A stretch of DNA of 64,000 nt, from NCBI GenBank assembly GCA_020891255.1, contig BQFW01000006.1, forward strand, positions 744,001 through 808,000, given 5' to 3'. Within the stretch, counting starts at the first letter, position 1. The number at the start of each line of letters is the position of its first letter. Both the position numbers and the translations under genes were made by a program. This document shows, in pieces, positions 1 through 11,200 of this stretch. The DNA is from Entomortierella parvispora E1425 (Eukaryota > Fungi > Mortierellomycota). Below the pieces are notes generated by a model. It ran no database searches and was not told the origin of the DNA. It saw only the letters and a list, made by a program, of their open reading frames with translations.

Positions 1-860
1 CCACTCGTTCACGCGAATTGACCCCGATATCGAAAAGTTGTTTGACTCTGTCTCTCGCTCCGTGAAGCGATCGACGTAATTCCTCTTCGTGTCTTTTTAC
101 TTTCTTTTGCAGTTTCTATTTCCTTTTTTTTTTCCTTTTTGGTATACTCTTTTCTTCGTTTTGTACATAACGAATGTTTTCTCTTTTTTTTTTTCATTTC
201 ACTCCTCTTGTTGTTTGTGGATTAACTCTTGTATTATTACGAACAGAAAAAAAGGGTCGGGGGTTCGGAGGGTTGAATGGTTTTGTTTTGGTAATCTCTA
301 TATATTTTTTTTCTGTACAATAAAAACGCACTCTTTACGTTTTCTATGAAACTGTGGGAAAGAAACCCACGGTGAGCTCGAGGACATGATAATGGTTGGT
401 CGGTTGGTGGAAGCGCGTGTGTATTTTCGTGCCTTCATTAGGGAAGGGAGGTGGGTACAAGAAGAGGGGCAAAATATTAAGCGGCGGCTAGTTGGGTTAC
501 GAGTTGGGGTCAGGCTGAAGGATGTTGGTCCCATGGTGGGGGATGGGGTTGGGGGGGGGGGGAAGTCAAAGAGTTTTTGTAGTTTTGTGAAAGTATCCTA
601 ACCCTATCCCCTCCTCCCTTCCTCCTCCTCTCAGCCGCCAAAGAGAAAGGAAAGAAGGATGGTGCTGGGTGGCATGGTGAGTCGAAAATTTTTTAGTGTC
701 TACAAAAAGCATGCAAGGGCGGGAGAAAGACAAAAAAAATAGCATGCATGCATGACACGCGCTTTGTGGAACATTGAAAAAAAAGAAAAGAAAAAAAAAA
801 AAAAAAAAGAGAGAGAGCGGCGAAGTTCGTGAGGGATAAGAGAAGGAAAGAAAGAGAGCA

Positions 861-905
861 AGTGAGTGAGTGAGTGAGTGAGTGAGTGAATGAGTGAATG
901 AGTGA
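861..905. repeat. (GAGT)n microsatellite
   Basis: agtgagtgagtg... run, ~11 units with two GAAT variants. Confidence 0.9.
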
Positions 906-3900
906 TTGCGGCTTGTCAGTGAAGTGCAGTGAACGAGAAAAGAAGAGAGGAGGGCGGATGTGCAACAGACACAAAAGGGCCAAAAACAAAAAAAAGAAAA
1001 AAAAAAAAAAAAAAAGAGATTTGAGAGCAATCTGGCTTTGCTCCGCCTGACCCAGGAATCAGGGACCAAAATTTGACACTTGGACCCACAAAAATCGAGA
1101 TTATTTAGTCGCAAAAAAAAAAAGGCAAGATCCGATAAAAACGCGTGCTTTTGGGATAGAGATATAGATTGAGCAGGATATAGGTTGAGCAAGATATAGA
1201 GAAATAGAATGATAGAGAGCCAAAAGTGTGGGAGAATGCAGGATTTGCCGTAGTGCGTGCTTGCCATCGATTTACGCGATAAGACCTCACTTCCCTTGAC
1301 TCTTCCTAAAGGAGAAGACGGCGTTTGCAAAGGACAATGTCAACAAGAGGACGGCGGGGAAAGAGCTAAATGGAAATCCCGAGGATCCTTTTTTGGTCCG
1401 CAAGCCAGGAACTCTCCAGGATGAGGCGATGCACATCTGGGCTCGTTGCGGAGTAGTTAACTCAGGTCTGTCGCGTCGATATTCACGGAGTGTCCAAGGG
1501 AACCAGGGAGAAAAAGAAAAGATGGAACAAAGGAAAGGAAAGATTGAAGGAACAAAGGGAGGAGGAAGAAAAACGAGGGGACCATCTTTGATGCGGGTAG
1601 GGGCTCGGCGCTCTCTTTGTCACCAGGTTGTGTGGATGTCATGTTTATATGTTTATACATGTAGGTGCTTTGTCCTTTGACCTCTTGGCTTCCCGTTTGT
1701 TCTCTCTCCCACTTTCCTCCCCTCTTTGTCTCTGGTTCCGTTGCTAATTCTAACCATGTCCCATCCTCCATAAGAGCCACCCCATTGAAAACATGGCATG
1801 TGGACATACAAAAAAAAAAAAAAAAAAAAATCAGAGCCGGAAAAAGAAGTCTGACTACAATAGTAAACGGTCAATTGGATGGGCTATGACAAAGACGCGC
1901 GCCTTCTTTTTGTTTGCATAGGCATCTCATTCTTATTGTCCATCTGTCCCTCTTGTTGAAGGCAACACATGGACACAAAGAGCATAGAGGGAGAAAGGGG
2001 AAGAGGAGGAAGCCAAGATAAAGACAGATACAGCAAGGGATGGAGGGAGTGAGAGAGTGAGGATGTGGCAAAAGAGAGGAACAGTAAAAAAAAATTGGCA
2101 TTGGGCTGTGTGGGGTGTGCCCTCTTTCTTTTTTTTTTTTTGACATACTTGGTGATAGCTCTCGACAAAAGGATCGACGAAAAAAATATATGTAAAAAAA
2201 CTAAAATTCCGGTCGAGCCAAAAAAAAAAAAATCGAGGAGAATAAGGAGGAAGGATAGGGGAGGCGGAGACGGAGGCGGGACGAGAAGGCGTAGAGCTTT
2301 AAGGCTCTAGGTTTCTCTTCTGTGTTTTTTGTCCAAGCCCAACCTTGAAAGAGTCGAACATAACGACATAACGGACGCGGAGAAGTGAAATAGACAGGGC
2401 GAAGGAAAGGCGCGTCCTTTTTTGGATTGACGCTGCTAGGCTATGATCCAAACAGCCCGTTTTTTGTTTGTTTCCATGATGGTTCTGTCCTACCACTCCT
2501 TGCGTGCATTCGTCTTTTTTGCTTTCTCTTGGAAGGAAGAAAGGACAAAGAAGGGGGTGGGTGAGATAGGCTTGAATGGTCTGCACTCGTGCTTGAAGGC
2601 CGGCGTCGAAAACAGAGAAAAGAGTGTGTGTGATAGAAGACTGCGGACGAAATCATTGTGGTCCTTGGAGGGGACCATGCATTGTGCGCTTCTAGGCGTG
2701 AGATCAAACCTGAAAAAAAAACGAGGCATAGTGGGAAACTAAAGAAAGGCGTGCGGATAAGTGGGGAGAAAGAGAGACATGGAGTGATGAGGATTGTATC
2801 TAAGCAGGTCCAAATGATTTTCGATCCCTTTTTCTTTGATCTATGGAGTCCACGTCTGGACGCAGGGTCTGCAGGACATGGTGATGGAGCAATAGGGAAC
2901 GACGAACAAAGAGCAGGATTAGCAAAAAGAGGAGGAGAGGGAGGCGAGTCAAGAGAACAGAGGACGGGAGGATGGGGGAGTAAGCAGAAACATTGAGTAA
3001 AAAAGTAGTCAGAAATGAGAACAAAGAGCGCGATCTGATTGAATGGGCTGTGTTGCACCCTTCTTTTTAAATATCTCCCACACCCCTCCTTGAAGGTTCT
3101 CTTTTTTTCCTTGTCTCCTCTTCTCTTTGTTCTTGTCATTCGCTCACTCTTTCTCTCATTGATCTTCCCCTGCTCCTCCATCCCCTCGCATCCATCCACT
3201 CGACGACCGAAGAGATAGAAAAGAGAAGGAGACAAACACGAAGACCCGCAAGAGCCAGCGACAGCGACAAGCGCATGGACGCGAGAATCGAAACACCATC
3301 CCACACGCCTTCAACCACTCATTCGCGCTCCTTCCACTAAACACAAACAACACAACAAATAGCCAGCGCACACTCCCCTTGTTCCATCCACCCATTCATC
3401 CCATCCATCTCTCTCTCAAGTCAAAGCACCCATCTGTTCCTTCCCTTTTGCACTGCCTCACCCCGTCTTGCTTGCCTCGCTTTTCTGCCCTGTTCACCCC
3501 TCTTCCCCCCCTCCTCACCCCCTCCCGTCTTCGTCCATTGTCCTCGCCGACTTGACTGTGAGCGAGATCCCTCTCTCTGACGAACGAACGACCTCTGACC
3601 CCCACCTGGCACCCCGACATGTACGTCTTGTTCTTTACCCCCCTTGTTTCCAATGGTACATTCATTCACTGTCCATCTTCAGGGTCCTCTCTCTGTTGTC
3701 TGTTTCTGGTCGGCTGGCCTGTTTGCTCGCTTCTGTTTACCCGGCACGGCACTGCAGGGCACTGCACCATACCATTGACCCATTGACCGATGGATAGCGA
3801 CCCAGAGAAACAGGGAGTCGATCCCTGGTCTCTTCCTCTTCTCTGCACCCCTGCCGCCCGATCACGATCCTCATCTCGATATGTTCTCTTTGGGTGTTTG

Positions 3901-4131
3901 TCGATGCTAACCAATCTATCTCTCTCTCTCTCTCTCTCTTGTCCATCCCCATCTGTCTTTTTCTTTGCCGCCCCTTTTCGGCCCCCTCTTCTCCTACCCC
4001 TTTTCTCCATCACCTCCCTGTCCTGCCACTAGAGTACCCCACCGTGTCTAAAGCCGTGGTCTATCCTTTTTCAAGGATATCATCAATACCTGCACAGCCG
4101 ACCCAATCCTCGCCACTCCTAGGCTGTTGCA

Positions 4132-7100
4132 ATGAGGGAACCCAATTTTTCGTTCCCGCAACTCAACCGGGCCGCCATCTGCATCACCAGCTCGATCTAC
4201 GATCGCCGTGCCCTGGATTGTACCGATTATCTGCCCATGATCAACACCCTGACGAATCTAGCCTACCTCACCGGCTCCACCCCTACCATCCGTGAGTACA
4301 TTGTCCGCGACGGAGGACTGGAGACTTTGGTGACTATCCTCAAAAAAACTAAAGTCAATGACCGGAAAAACGGACTCAAGTGGACCCTGGCCTTCCAGTG
4401 TGTTGTCAACATTGGTGTACGTGGTACAGAGCATATCCGGAAACGTGTCGTCCAAGCAGGAATGGTCCCCATCATTGTTCATGTCCTCGAGTCCTTCTTT
4501 GAAGTCCTCAAGTCTGTGAGCGATGAGAACGAACGGCGGAGATTACAACGACGACAGGAGGCCATTGCGGCCGGAGTAGGAACAGAACAGGGCGGCGTTG
4601 TCGCAATACAGGCGCCCTTCACTCACGCAGGAGTATCAGGACCAGCGGCGTCGTCAGGAGTGGCTGCAGGCATGGTGAGCGCTGATGATAACAATGGGGC
4701 TGGCTCTTCAAGTGCTGCCGCTGAGAGCATCAGCGCCGATGCAGCTCTCGAGACTCGCCAGTCGATCATCAACGGACTTGTGGCAGCCTCTGGCGGCGTT
4801 GTCGACTCTTCCAACAACTCGTCTTCTTCTTCGCTCTCATCGACGACTGCGCCCGCTCTCAGTTCCACCCTCAGTACAGCCACCACCTCCACAACCGCTT
4901 CTTTAATTCTTCCGAATCCTGCAGGACCGGCAGCCGCCGCTGCAGGCTCCTCTGCAGCCTCAGCCCACGCAACACACGAAAATGCAGCTTCGCCATACAC
5001 CAGTCCAGTACCGACGGCCCAACGTCCTCATCGCCAACATCCAACTGGAACCGCCGCAACAGGAGGCGTAACCACAGCGCCCACAAATCCAGAGGGAGGG
5101 GCGCAAGAACAGCAGCCACCTTTTGCACAATTCTTTTACAGGGAAGACGACATCCTGCATTCCCTTCAGTTGCTGGCGTACCTTTCAAAGTACCCATCAC
5201 TACGATCTTCCTTCCACACAGAATCGGGATCGAACGTTTTTGCGATTGTGGAAAAGTTTACGCACCGGAGTATGCATCCTGTCGAGATTCAATACTGGGC
5301 AGGAGTGATTATGCGAAATGCCTGCCGCAAGGACGACAGTCGCAAAGGAATCCGTCAATGCGCTTATACTGGATGTGGCAAATGGGAGACTCGACCCAGA
5401 GAGTTTGCCAAGTGCCGTCGGTGTCGTAAAGCCAAGTACTGCAGCAAACAATGTCAGTCCAAGGCATGGAGCGAAGGTCACCGTTGGTGGTGTGTGGAAA
5501 AGAAAGCTGACGGGACAAACTCCAACACAGGATCCAACTCTTTTGGTTCCGACCTCCCACCAGCTCCACCGCCACCACCTCCTCCTCCACCACCACCGCC
5601 AGCAGATCTACAAGACCAACCGGATGCAGGAGCAGACATGATGGAGAACGGCAGGATTAACGCCTCAGGAATGATGGGCGGTGGTCAAGCAGGTGGCAAC
5701 GGAGGCGGAGGAGGTGGAGGAGGTGCTGGCGCAACGACTCGTGCAGTAGGTTCCGTTCACTATCCACAGCTTCATCAGGCACAGTCGGACCTTCACTCTG
5801 ACAATGGGCGGACCGAACAAAGGTCGGATTATCATCGACATTATCCACAACAGGAAGAGGGATCGCACTCCAGGTCAACAGGCAACACCGACTCACAATC
5901 GCGGCCACCTCATCAAGCTGCTCCACCGCACCATAATGAAACCTTGCTTCGCCTGCAGCAACGACAAATGGAGCAGCGTGCGCGGCACCAGCAGGACCGC
6001 CATCGATCGAGCGCCTCCGAATCCCAGCACTCACAGCAGCCTAGGCCAGATCGCTCTTATTATCCCGAATCTCGATCACGAGAACACAGTAGCGAGCATC
6101 TCCGCCAGCACCCTCAACGACCTCAACATCAATCACAACCAATGCCCCATCCTCACCATCCACATCAACGAGCTTACCCACCCCACCTCTCGTCAATGAG
6201 CTCCCCTGCCCTGCGTCCTTCAGAACATGCCTATCCACGGCCTGGTGGACCAGGACAAGCGCCACCGCAACGATCCCAGACCCTTCCCAACTTTTCGACG
6301 CCTTCCCCTAGAACCCCAGCATCGCCCATGTCTCCTATGGCAGCCGCAGCATCTGGATCCGGTGCAGGTGTTGGTCTATCGGCCCCGATGATTAATGAAG
6401 AATCGACCTCCACTTCCAGGGAGGTCTCTCAACCACATTTGGGGGTCTCTCCAGATTCACCGACGCCCGATCAATTGGCCCAGCAGTTTGTGCAACAGGT
6501 GGCTCTTCACCCTGGAAAGCACAACGAGTTGGCTCAGAATTTGAATGCGCAGTTCAAACGTTACTTCCCTCCAGAGCACCAGGCCGAGGCCAAGAAACAG
6601 TTTTCGTTCAGAGCACGAGAGCACTTTGCGAGATATCAGCGTCAGCAGGAGCTGCTAAGGGCAGCAGGAGCTGCCGCTTTAGCGAGTCGAACAGCGGCTG
6701 CTGTAGGGGCTGCTGGGTCGGGGTCTGGTTCTGGAGCACCCCCTCGCCCTTCTCAGGGACGTTTGCCTCACCAGGGCATCGCCCCATCTGGACCCTCTGC
6801 TCAAGTGCGGCCGCAACAGCCTACATCTGAACCTTCACATCCATGGCCCCAGGCTCAATCACAGCACCCCTACTTTCAACAGCGTGCGGGTCCATCCAGT
6901 TCGTCGTCTCTGTCTTCACCGCCAGTGACGGCAGGCACGGCGAGACTGCGGTCTGAGCTGAGTTCGGATGACGAGAATGTACCGGGTTATGGCACAGAGT
7001 CAACGGCTCATTCAAAGCGAGTTGCGAAAGAAGGACCTGTTCGGAACGAGTCTGGACCCACGAGTTGGAAGAATGACGGCAGCAGCAGCAGCAGTGGCGG

Positions 7101-7812
7101 TGGCAGCAGTAGTAGTAATAATAGCCATGGCCACGGCGAGACGTATGGGACCGATAGCTACTCCATGTCGATGCCCATGTTGACCCAGGACATGTCTTCT
7201 GGCAACACAGTCTACCCTTCAAGCGATTTAAACTCGGGACCTCTCACCTCTCAGTCCCAGCTCCCTCATCCACAGCCTCCACATTCTAATCACCATCAAC
7301 AGTACTCTTCACATCCGGAACAGCAGCAAAAATACCAGTCAAGGCAACAAGAAGGATCCCATCCTTCTGCTCGGATGCACTCGTCCATGTCGGCACCGTC
7401 ACTTACTCTGGGATCATCCTCTTTGCCCAACAGGCATTACCAGTACCAGCAGCAGCCACACTCTTCCTATGTCCATCACCACCAGCAACACTATCCTCAA
7501 CAACAACATCCGCAGCAGCAGCAGCACCAAGGCCCCCCACGTGCCCACTTGAGTAGTCATTCAGGTATGATGCGAGACTTTAAGATGCGAAAGCTGATGG
7601 CGGATGAGGAAGGTGAAGAGGCCTCTCCCCAGTCTTTGGTGGGCTCATCCTCCTCCACTGGAACCGTGATGGCGGGACCAAGAGGAGGATCGGGCCTAGC
7701 GAGTGGGAAGGATAGTCGACATTTGGTCTTGGCCCATGAGGACCATGCAGCAGCCAGGAGCTCCAATCATCATAGCGATGTAAACAGTAATTGGTCTGCC
7801 AAGGAAAAGTGA
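4132..7812 (+). CDS. samB: MYND-type zinc finger protein SamB/Mub1 with long low-complexity C-terminal extension
   Basis: Intronless 1226-aa ORF. N-terminus MREPNFSFPQLNRAAICITSSIYDRRALDCT is typical of SamB/Mub1. MYND finger CAYTGCGKWE...FAKCRRCRKAKYCSKQCQSKAWSEGHRWWC. Confidence 0.9.
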   Translation: MREPNFSFPQLNRAAICITSSIYDRRALDCTDYLPMINTLTNLAYLTGSTPTIREYIVRDGGLETLVTILKKTKVNDRKNGLKWTLAFQCVVNIGVRGTEHIRKRVVQAGMVPIIVHVLESFFEVLKSVSDENERRRLQRRQEAIAAGVGTEQGGVVAIQAPFTHAGVSGPAASSGVAAGMVSADDNNGAGSSSAAAESISADAALETRQSIINGLVAASGGVVDSSNNSSSSSLSSTTAPALSSTLSTATTSTTASLILPNPAGPAAAAAGSSAASAHATHENAASPYTSPVPTAQRPHRQHPTGTAATGGVTTAPTNPEGGAQEQQPPFAQFFYREDDILHSLQLLAYLSKYPSLRSSFHTESGSNVFAIVEKFTHRSMHPVEIQYWAGVIMRNACRKDDSRKGIRQCAYTGCGKWETRPREFAKCRRCRKAKYCSKQCQSKAWSEGHRWWCVEKKADGTNSNTGSNSFGSDLPPAPPPPPPPPPPPPADLQDQPDAGADMMENGRINASGMMGGGQAGGNGGGGGGGGAGATTRAVGSVHYPQLHQAQSDLHSDNGRTEQRSDYHRHYPQQEEGSHSRSTGNTDSQSRPPHQAAPPHHNETLLRLQQRQMEQRARHQQDRHRSSASESQHSQQPRPDRSYYPESRSREHSSEHLRQHPQRPQHQSQPMPHPHHPHQRAYPPHLSSMSSPALRPSEHAYPRPGGPGQAPPQRSQTLPNFSTPSPRTPASPMSPMAAAASGSGAGVGLSAPMINEESTSTSREVSQPHLGVSPDSPTPDQLAQQFVQQVALHPGKHNELAQNLNAQFKRYFPPEHQAEAKKQFSFRAREHFARYQRQQELLRAAGAAALASRTAAAVGAAGSGSGSGAPPRPSQGRLPHQGIAPSGPSAQVRPQQPTSEPSHPWPQAQSQHPYFQQRAGPSSSSSLSSPPVTAGTARLRSELSSDDENVPGYGTESTAHSKRVAKEGPVRNESGPTSWKNDGSSSSSGGGSSSSNNSHGHGETYGTDSYSMSMPMLTQDMSSGNTVYPSSDLNSGPLTSQSQLPHPQPPHSNHHQQYSSHPEQQQKYQSRQQEGSHPSARMHSSMSAPSLTLGSSSLPNRHYQYQQQPHSSYVHHHQQHYPQQQHPQQQQHQGPPRAHLSSHSGMMRDFKMRKLMADEEGEEASPQSLVGSSSSTGTVMAGPRGGSGLASGKDSRHLVLAHEDHAAARSSNHHSDVNSNWSAKEK

Positions 7813-7865
7813 GTCTTAATTCCTGTTGACCTTTGATACCTTGTCCGCTTTTCCTTCAGTTTTGA

Positions 7866-7926
7866 TCCTCCTCCTCCTCCTCCTCCTCCTCCTTCTCCTC
7901 CTCCTCCTCCTCCTCCTCCTCCTCCT
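7866..7926. repeat. (CTC)n microsatellite downstream of samB
   Basis: ~20 TCC/CTC units with one interruption. Confidence 0.9.
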
Positions 7927-8288
7927 TGTCCTGTCCATTGTCCTTTCTGTTTGTGTTTGGACGCTATCCTCCCTATCGACGTTCACCAATAACGCCGTGC
8001 AATGACCCTTATTCATGCCACCCCTTCCTTGCCCCTTGTGCCTCTTTATTTTGTACCATAGAACCGCCTCTCCTCCTCTCACTCAATATGGTTGAAGTCA
8101 TCTAAAGACGAAACCACGTGACGACACACGAAGTGATCAATAAAACTGATCTCAGGCGAAAAAAAAAAAGACCACGAGCACAACTCTGTTTCTTTCCTCC
8201 TAGCCCAACGCGCAAACGAAAGACACAGATACACGACTAGGAGCACTCACATACGCACTGTTACTAGAAGCACTACTACATACACAGC

Positions 8289-11200
8289 ATGGAGAGCGGA
8301 GAAGAGTCGTCGATCGTTGATCTGGACCCTTTGAACTCAGTCAGCCAGACAGGTTCATTATTGAACTCTGGGGATACGCAAATGGAGTTCCTTGAAGAGG
8401 TATTGCCAATACTTGACTTAAAGTCAGTCCAGGTCATGAAATGGCAAAGCTGATTTCGCAATGCTGATTGTGCATTTCGCTGCTCCATTAGATTGCACTC
8501 TCATTCGTTACGGACGCGCTTTTTTTGGAGAAAGCCAACGCGCTCCTTTTGAACGAACAGCAGCAGAGTGAAACTCTCCAGATTCGAGCGGAGAGTATTG
8601 TTCGGGATGGCGGGGCCAGCTTTCCATTAAACGACAACGTCGACAAAACCCTCTACATCCTCCAACGGCAGTTTGGCCTCGTTGTTGACGAAACCAGCGA
8701 CACTCTCTCCGCGTACATCGCCGCACTGATGAACAAAACCGTTCATGCAACCTTCCAGCTGATTGCACCCGAGTCTAATATCGACATTCCACCATCAAAC
8801 CTGCTTTTACGCGTCATTGCCCAACAGCTTGGTTTGACCATCATAGTGCTGTCAACGAGGTCAATGGCATTACAATATGGAAACGATTTCTCTTCGACCA
8901 TCGTTCTGCTGGAGGCTGTGGATGCCTTCAAAAGCGTGCGAACCTACACCCCTCTATCATGCGCGTCGTGTACACCTGTCTATACTGCCACACCCTCTCC
9001 TACCGCGGAATTATCTTTGAATCCTATCGCCAAGTTCCGGGATCATAAAAGGGCTCGACATACCAAAGACAAGGGCATTGTCAATGTTGTGGTTGGAAAG
9101 AAATGCATCAGAGAAAGATGGTACGTTGAATTGATATTGAGACACTGCTCTGAGCCCCCAGCACATCTTACTAATCCGCCAATTGTAACAACCTTAGCGA
9201 GATCGTACTCCGAGGACTTGTGAAGGCCGCCGCACAGACAGCCTTCGACACGGCCATGAAAGGCAAGATTGCGTGCCCGCCCGACCTGTCTTTGTTGATG
9301 GAGCAGAAGTTTCCAGCCTTAGAGAAGAGGGAACTGGGGCGCAATCGGGTTCCGCCACACATTGTTCAGGAAGCTGTGCGGGATATGGAGCTTAAGACTG
9401 GCCAGCCCGTGGGATCTGTTACGACTCAAGCCTTTAAAGCCAGACTCTGCGAAGAGAACTCTGACTTTTCATCGATAAAAGTATATTTGGAAACTGCCGA
9501 AGAGAAACTTCGACAGATTTGGGACGGTTATGTGCTGGAACACCAACACAATGGCACTCAGGCATCCGTTCTGGCCCCAGCAAGCACCTCATCGTCCCCC
9601 TCATCAGGCAGCATTCAGAACTCTGAACCATCAAAGGAGGGAGCCGACGAGGAGCAAGAGCTGCGTATGTGCGATGCATCACTTGGAAAGATCCTCCGGC
9701 CAGGAATATACAAAGAAGCTGAGAGGATACTTACGGACAAGCAGACAAGAGTCTCCAACTATATCGACGAAGTGCAAGTTGCACTCCGGAAAGCGGCAAT
9801 AGTGGTAAGAGACTGGCGGCCTGCTCTATTATCTCGTCATGTTACTTATTGGTTTATTTCTTTGCTTGACCAAACTATAGACATGTCAGGGACTTTTGCA
9901 CACGCAGTCGGAAAACGTCGATTTGAAGTCGTTCCTTCCGAAAGATTTTAAAATAAGGGATCTTTCTCTCGAGAAGAACCCGGTCGTATCGATAGGAATT
10001 GTCTCCAGCACTTTTATGACAAAGTTTGTGAAGACAAAAGACCACGACAGCGATATCGACTCCGACCTCCTCAACCTCTTTGATCAGGCAACCATCCAAC
10101 ATCTTTCTTCGAGACTTATTTCAACAGCCTCGGCTTCCGAGCCCCCGCCCAAAAAGCAAAAGCTGGACAGTGGGGATATTGCTCCTGCTGATGATGAAGA
10201 TGACGAGGAGGAAGATAACCAGGAAGATGATGGAGACGACAATACTGAGGTCAAGGATGTCGGTGGTGCAAAGACCAGTAAGGGAAGGGTCCATCCAGCT
10301 TGGGACACATTGGCGTCTATTGTACAGCAAACCACAACCACCACCATCGACTACACTAAAGCGCCGCAAGGGATGGGCCAGGTGAAAAACGAGATGATCC
10401 GGACCATGGCGACAAATATGAAAAACATTTGGAGCGGGGACATTTATGGTCACGTCAAGAAGGCAGTCGTTCGATACCTTGTCAGGATCCATCTTCGCCC
10501 TTTGAGTGAGAAGTGGTTTAGAGAGTATAAGCAAAAAATGGCCGAAGAAAAGAGAAAGGAAGCCAGGCGACGAAAGTCGATACCAAGATCCAGACACAAA
10601 CAGGCGAGAAGGAGGCATCGCAGCCTGCTGAATCAGCTTGACCACACAATCCACAAGTGTGAACTGCACTGGTCAGGATCGACACTCTACGTGCGGGATC
10701 AGGAGTCTGAAGCTACCGATGTGGAAGTCGAACATCCTTCGCTTTCCGACGGCATGGTCTCTTTGACCCCAAGCTCCCGTGTCTCTAGAGTCCAGAAGCT
10801 GCTCTATTTGATTGGGAACGGACCACTTCCTTTCAACGCCGAATCAGCTGCTGCTCCCACCGAGGGAGGCCACGATCTCTTGGACGCAGAGGAGATCGAC
10901 GACCAGGACGATGAGGTTGGCTTTGAGTTAGATGGGATTGACTGCCAGGAGGAAGATGAGGATGGCTTCGACGAAGTTGTTGCTGAGTTGGAGGTCAGTG
11001 AGACAGTAAACGAACAACAGGCCAAGCAAGGTACAGTGATGGTGTGTGGCCACTGTATTTGTACTCGGTGAGTAGAGTATTAACACGTTCATTCATCTCA
11101 TGATAGCGCGAAAAGCTGAACCTACATCGAAGCACGTGAAGGGGTTGGAAGTAGTCATCTGCAAACTGCTGGACTTGTCAGAAGCGGATCTTCCGACCGT

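Noticed and set aside
1-4131. Many 60-290-aa ORFs upstream of samB
   Set aside because: Translations of A/T homopolymers, microsatellites and CT/GA-rich tracts (poly-F, poly-K); no domain or coherent splice structure
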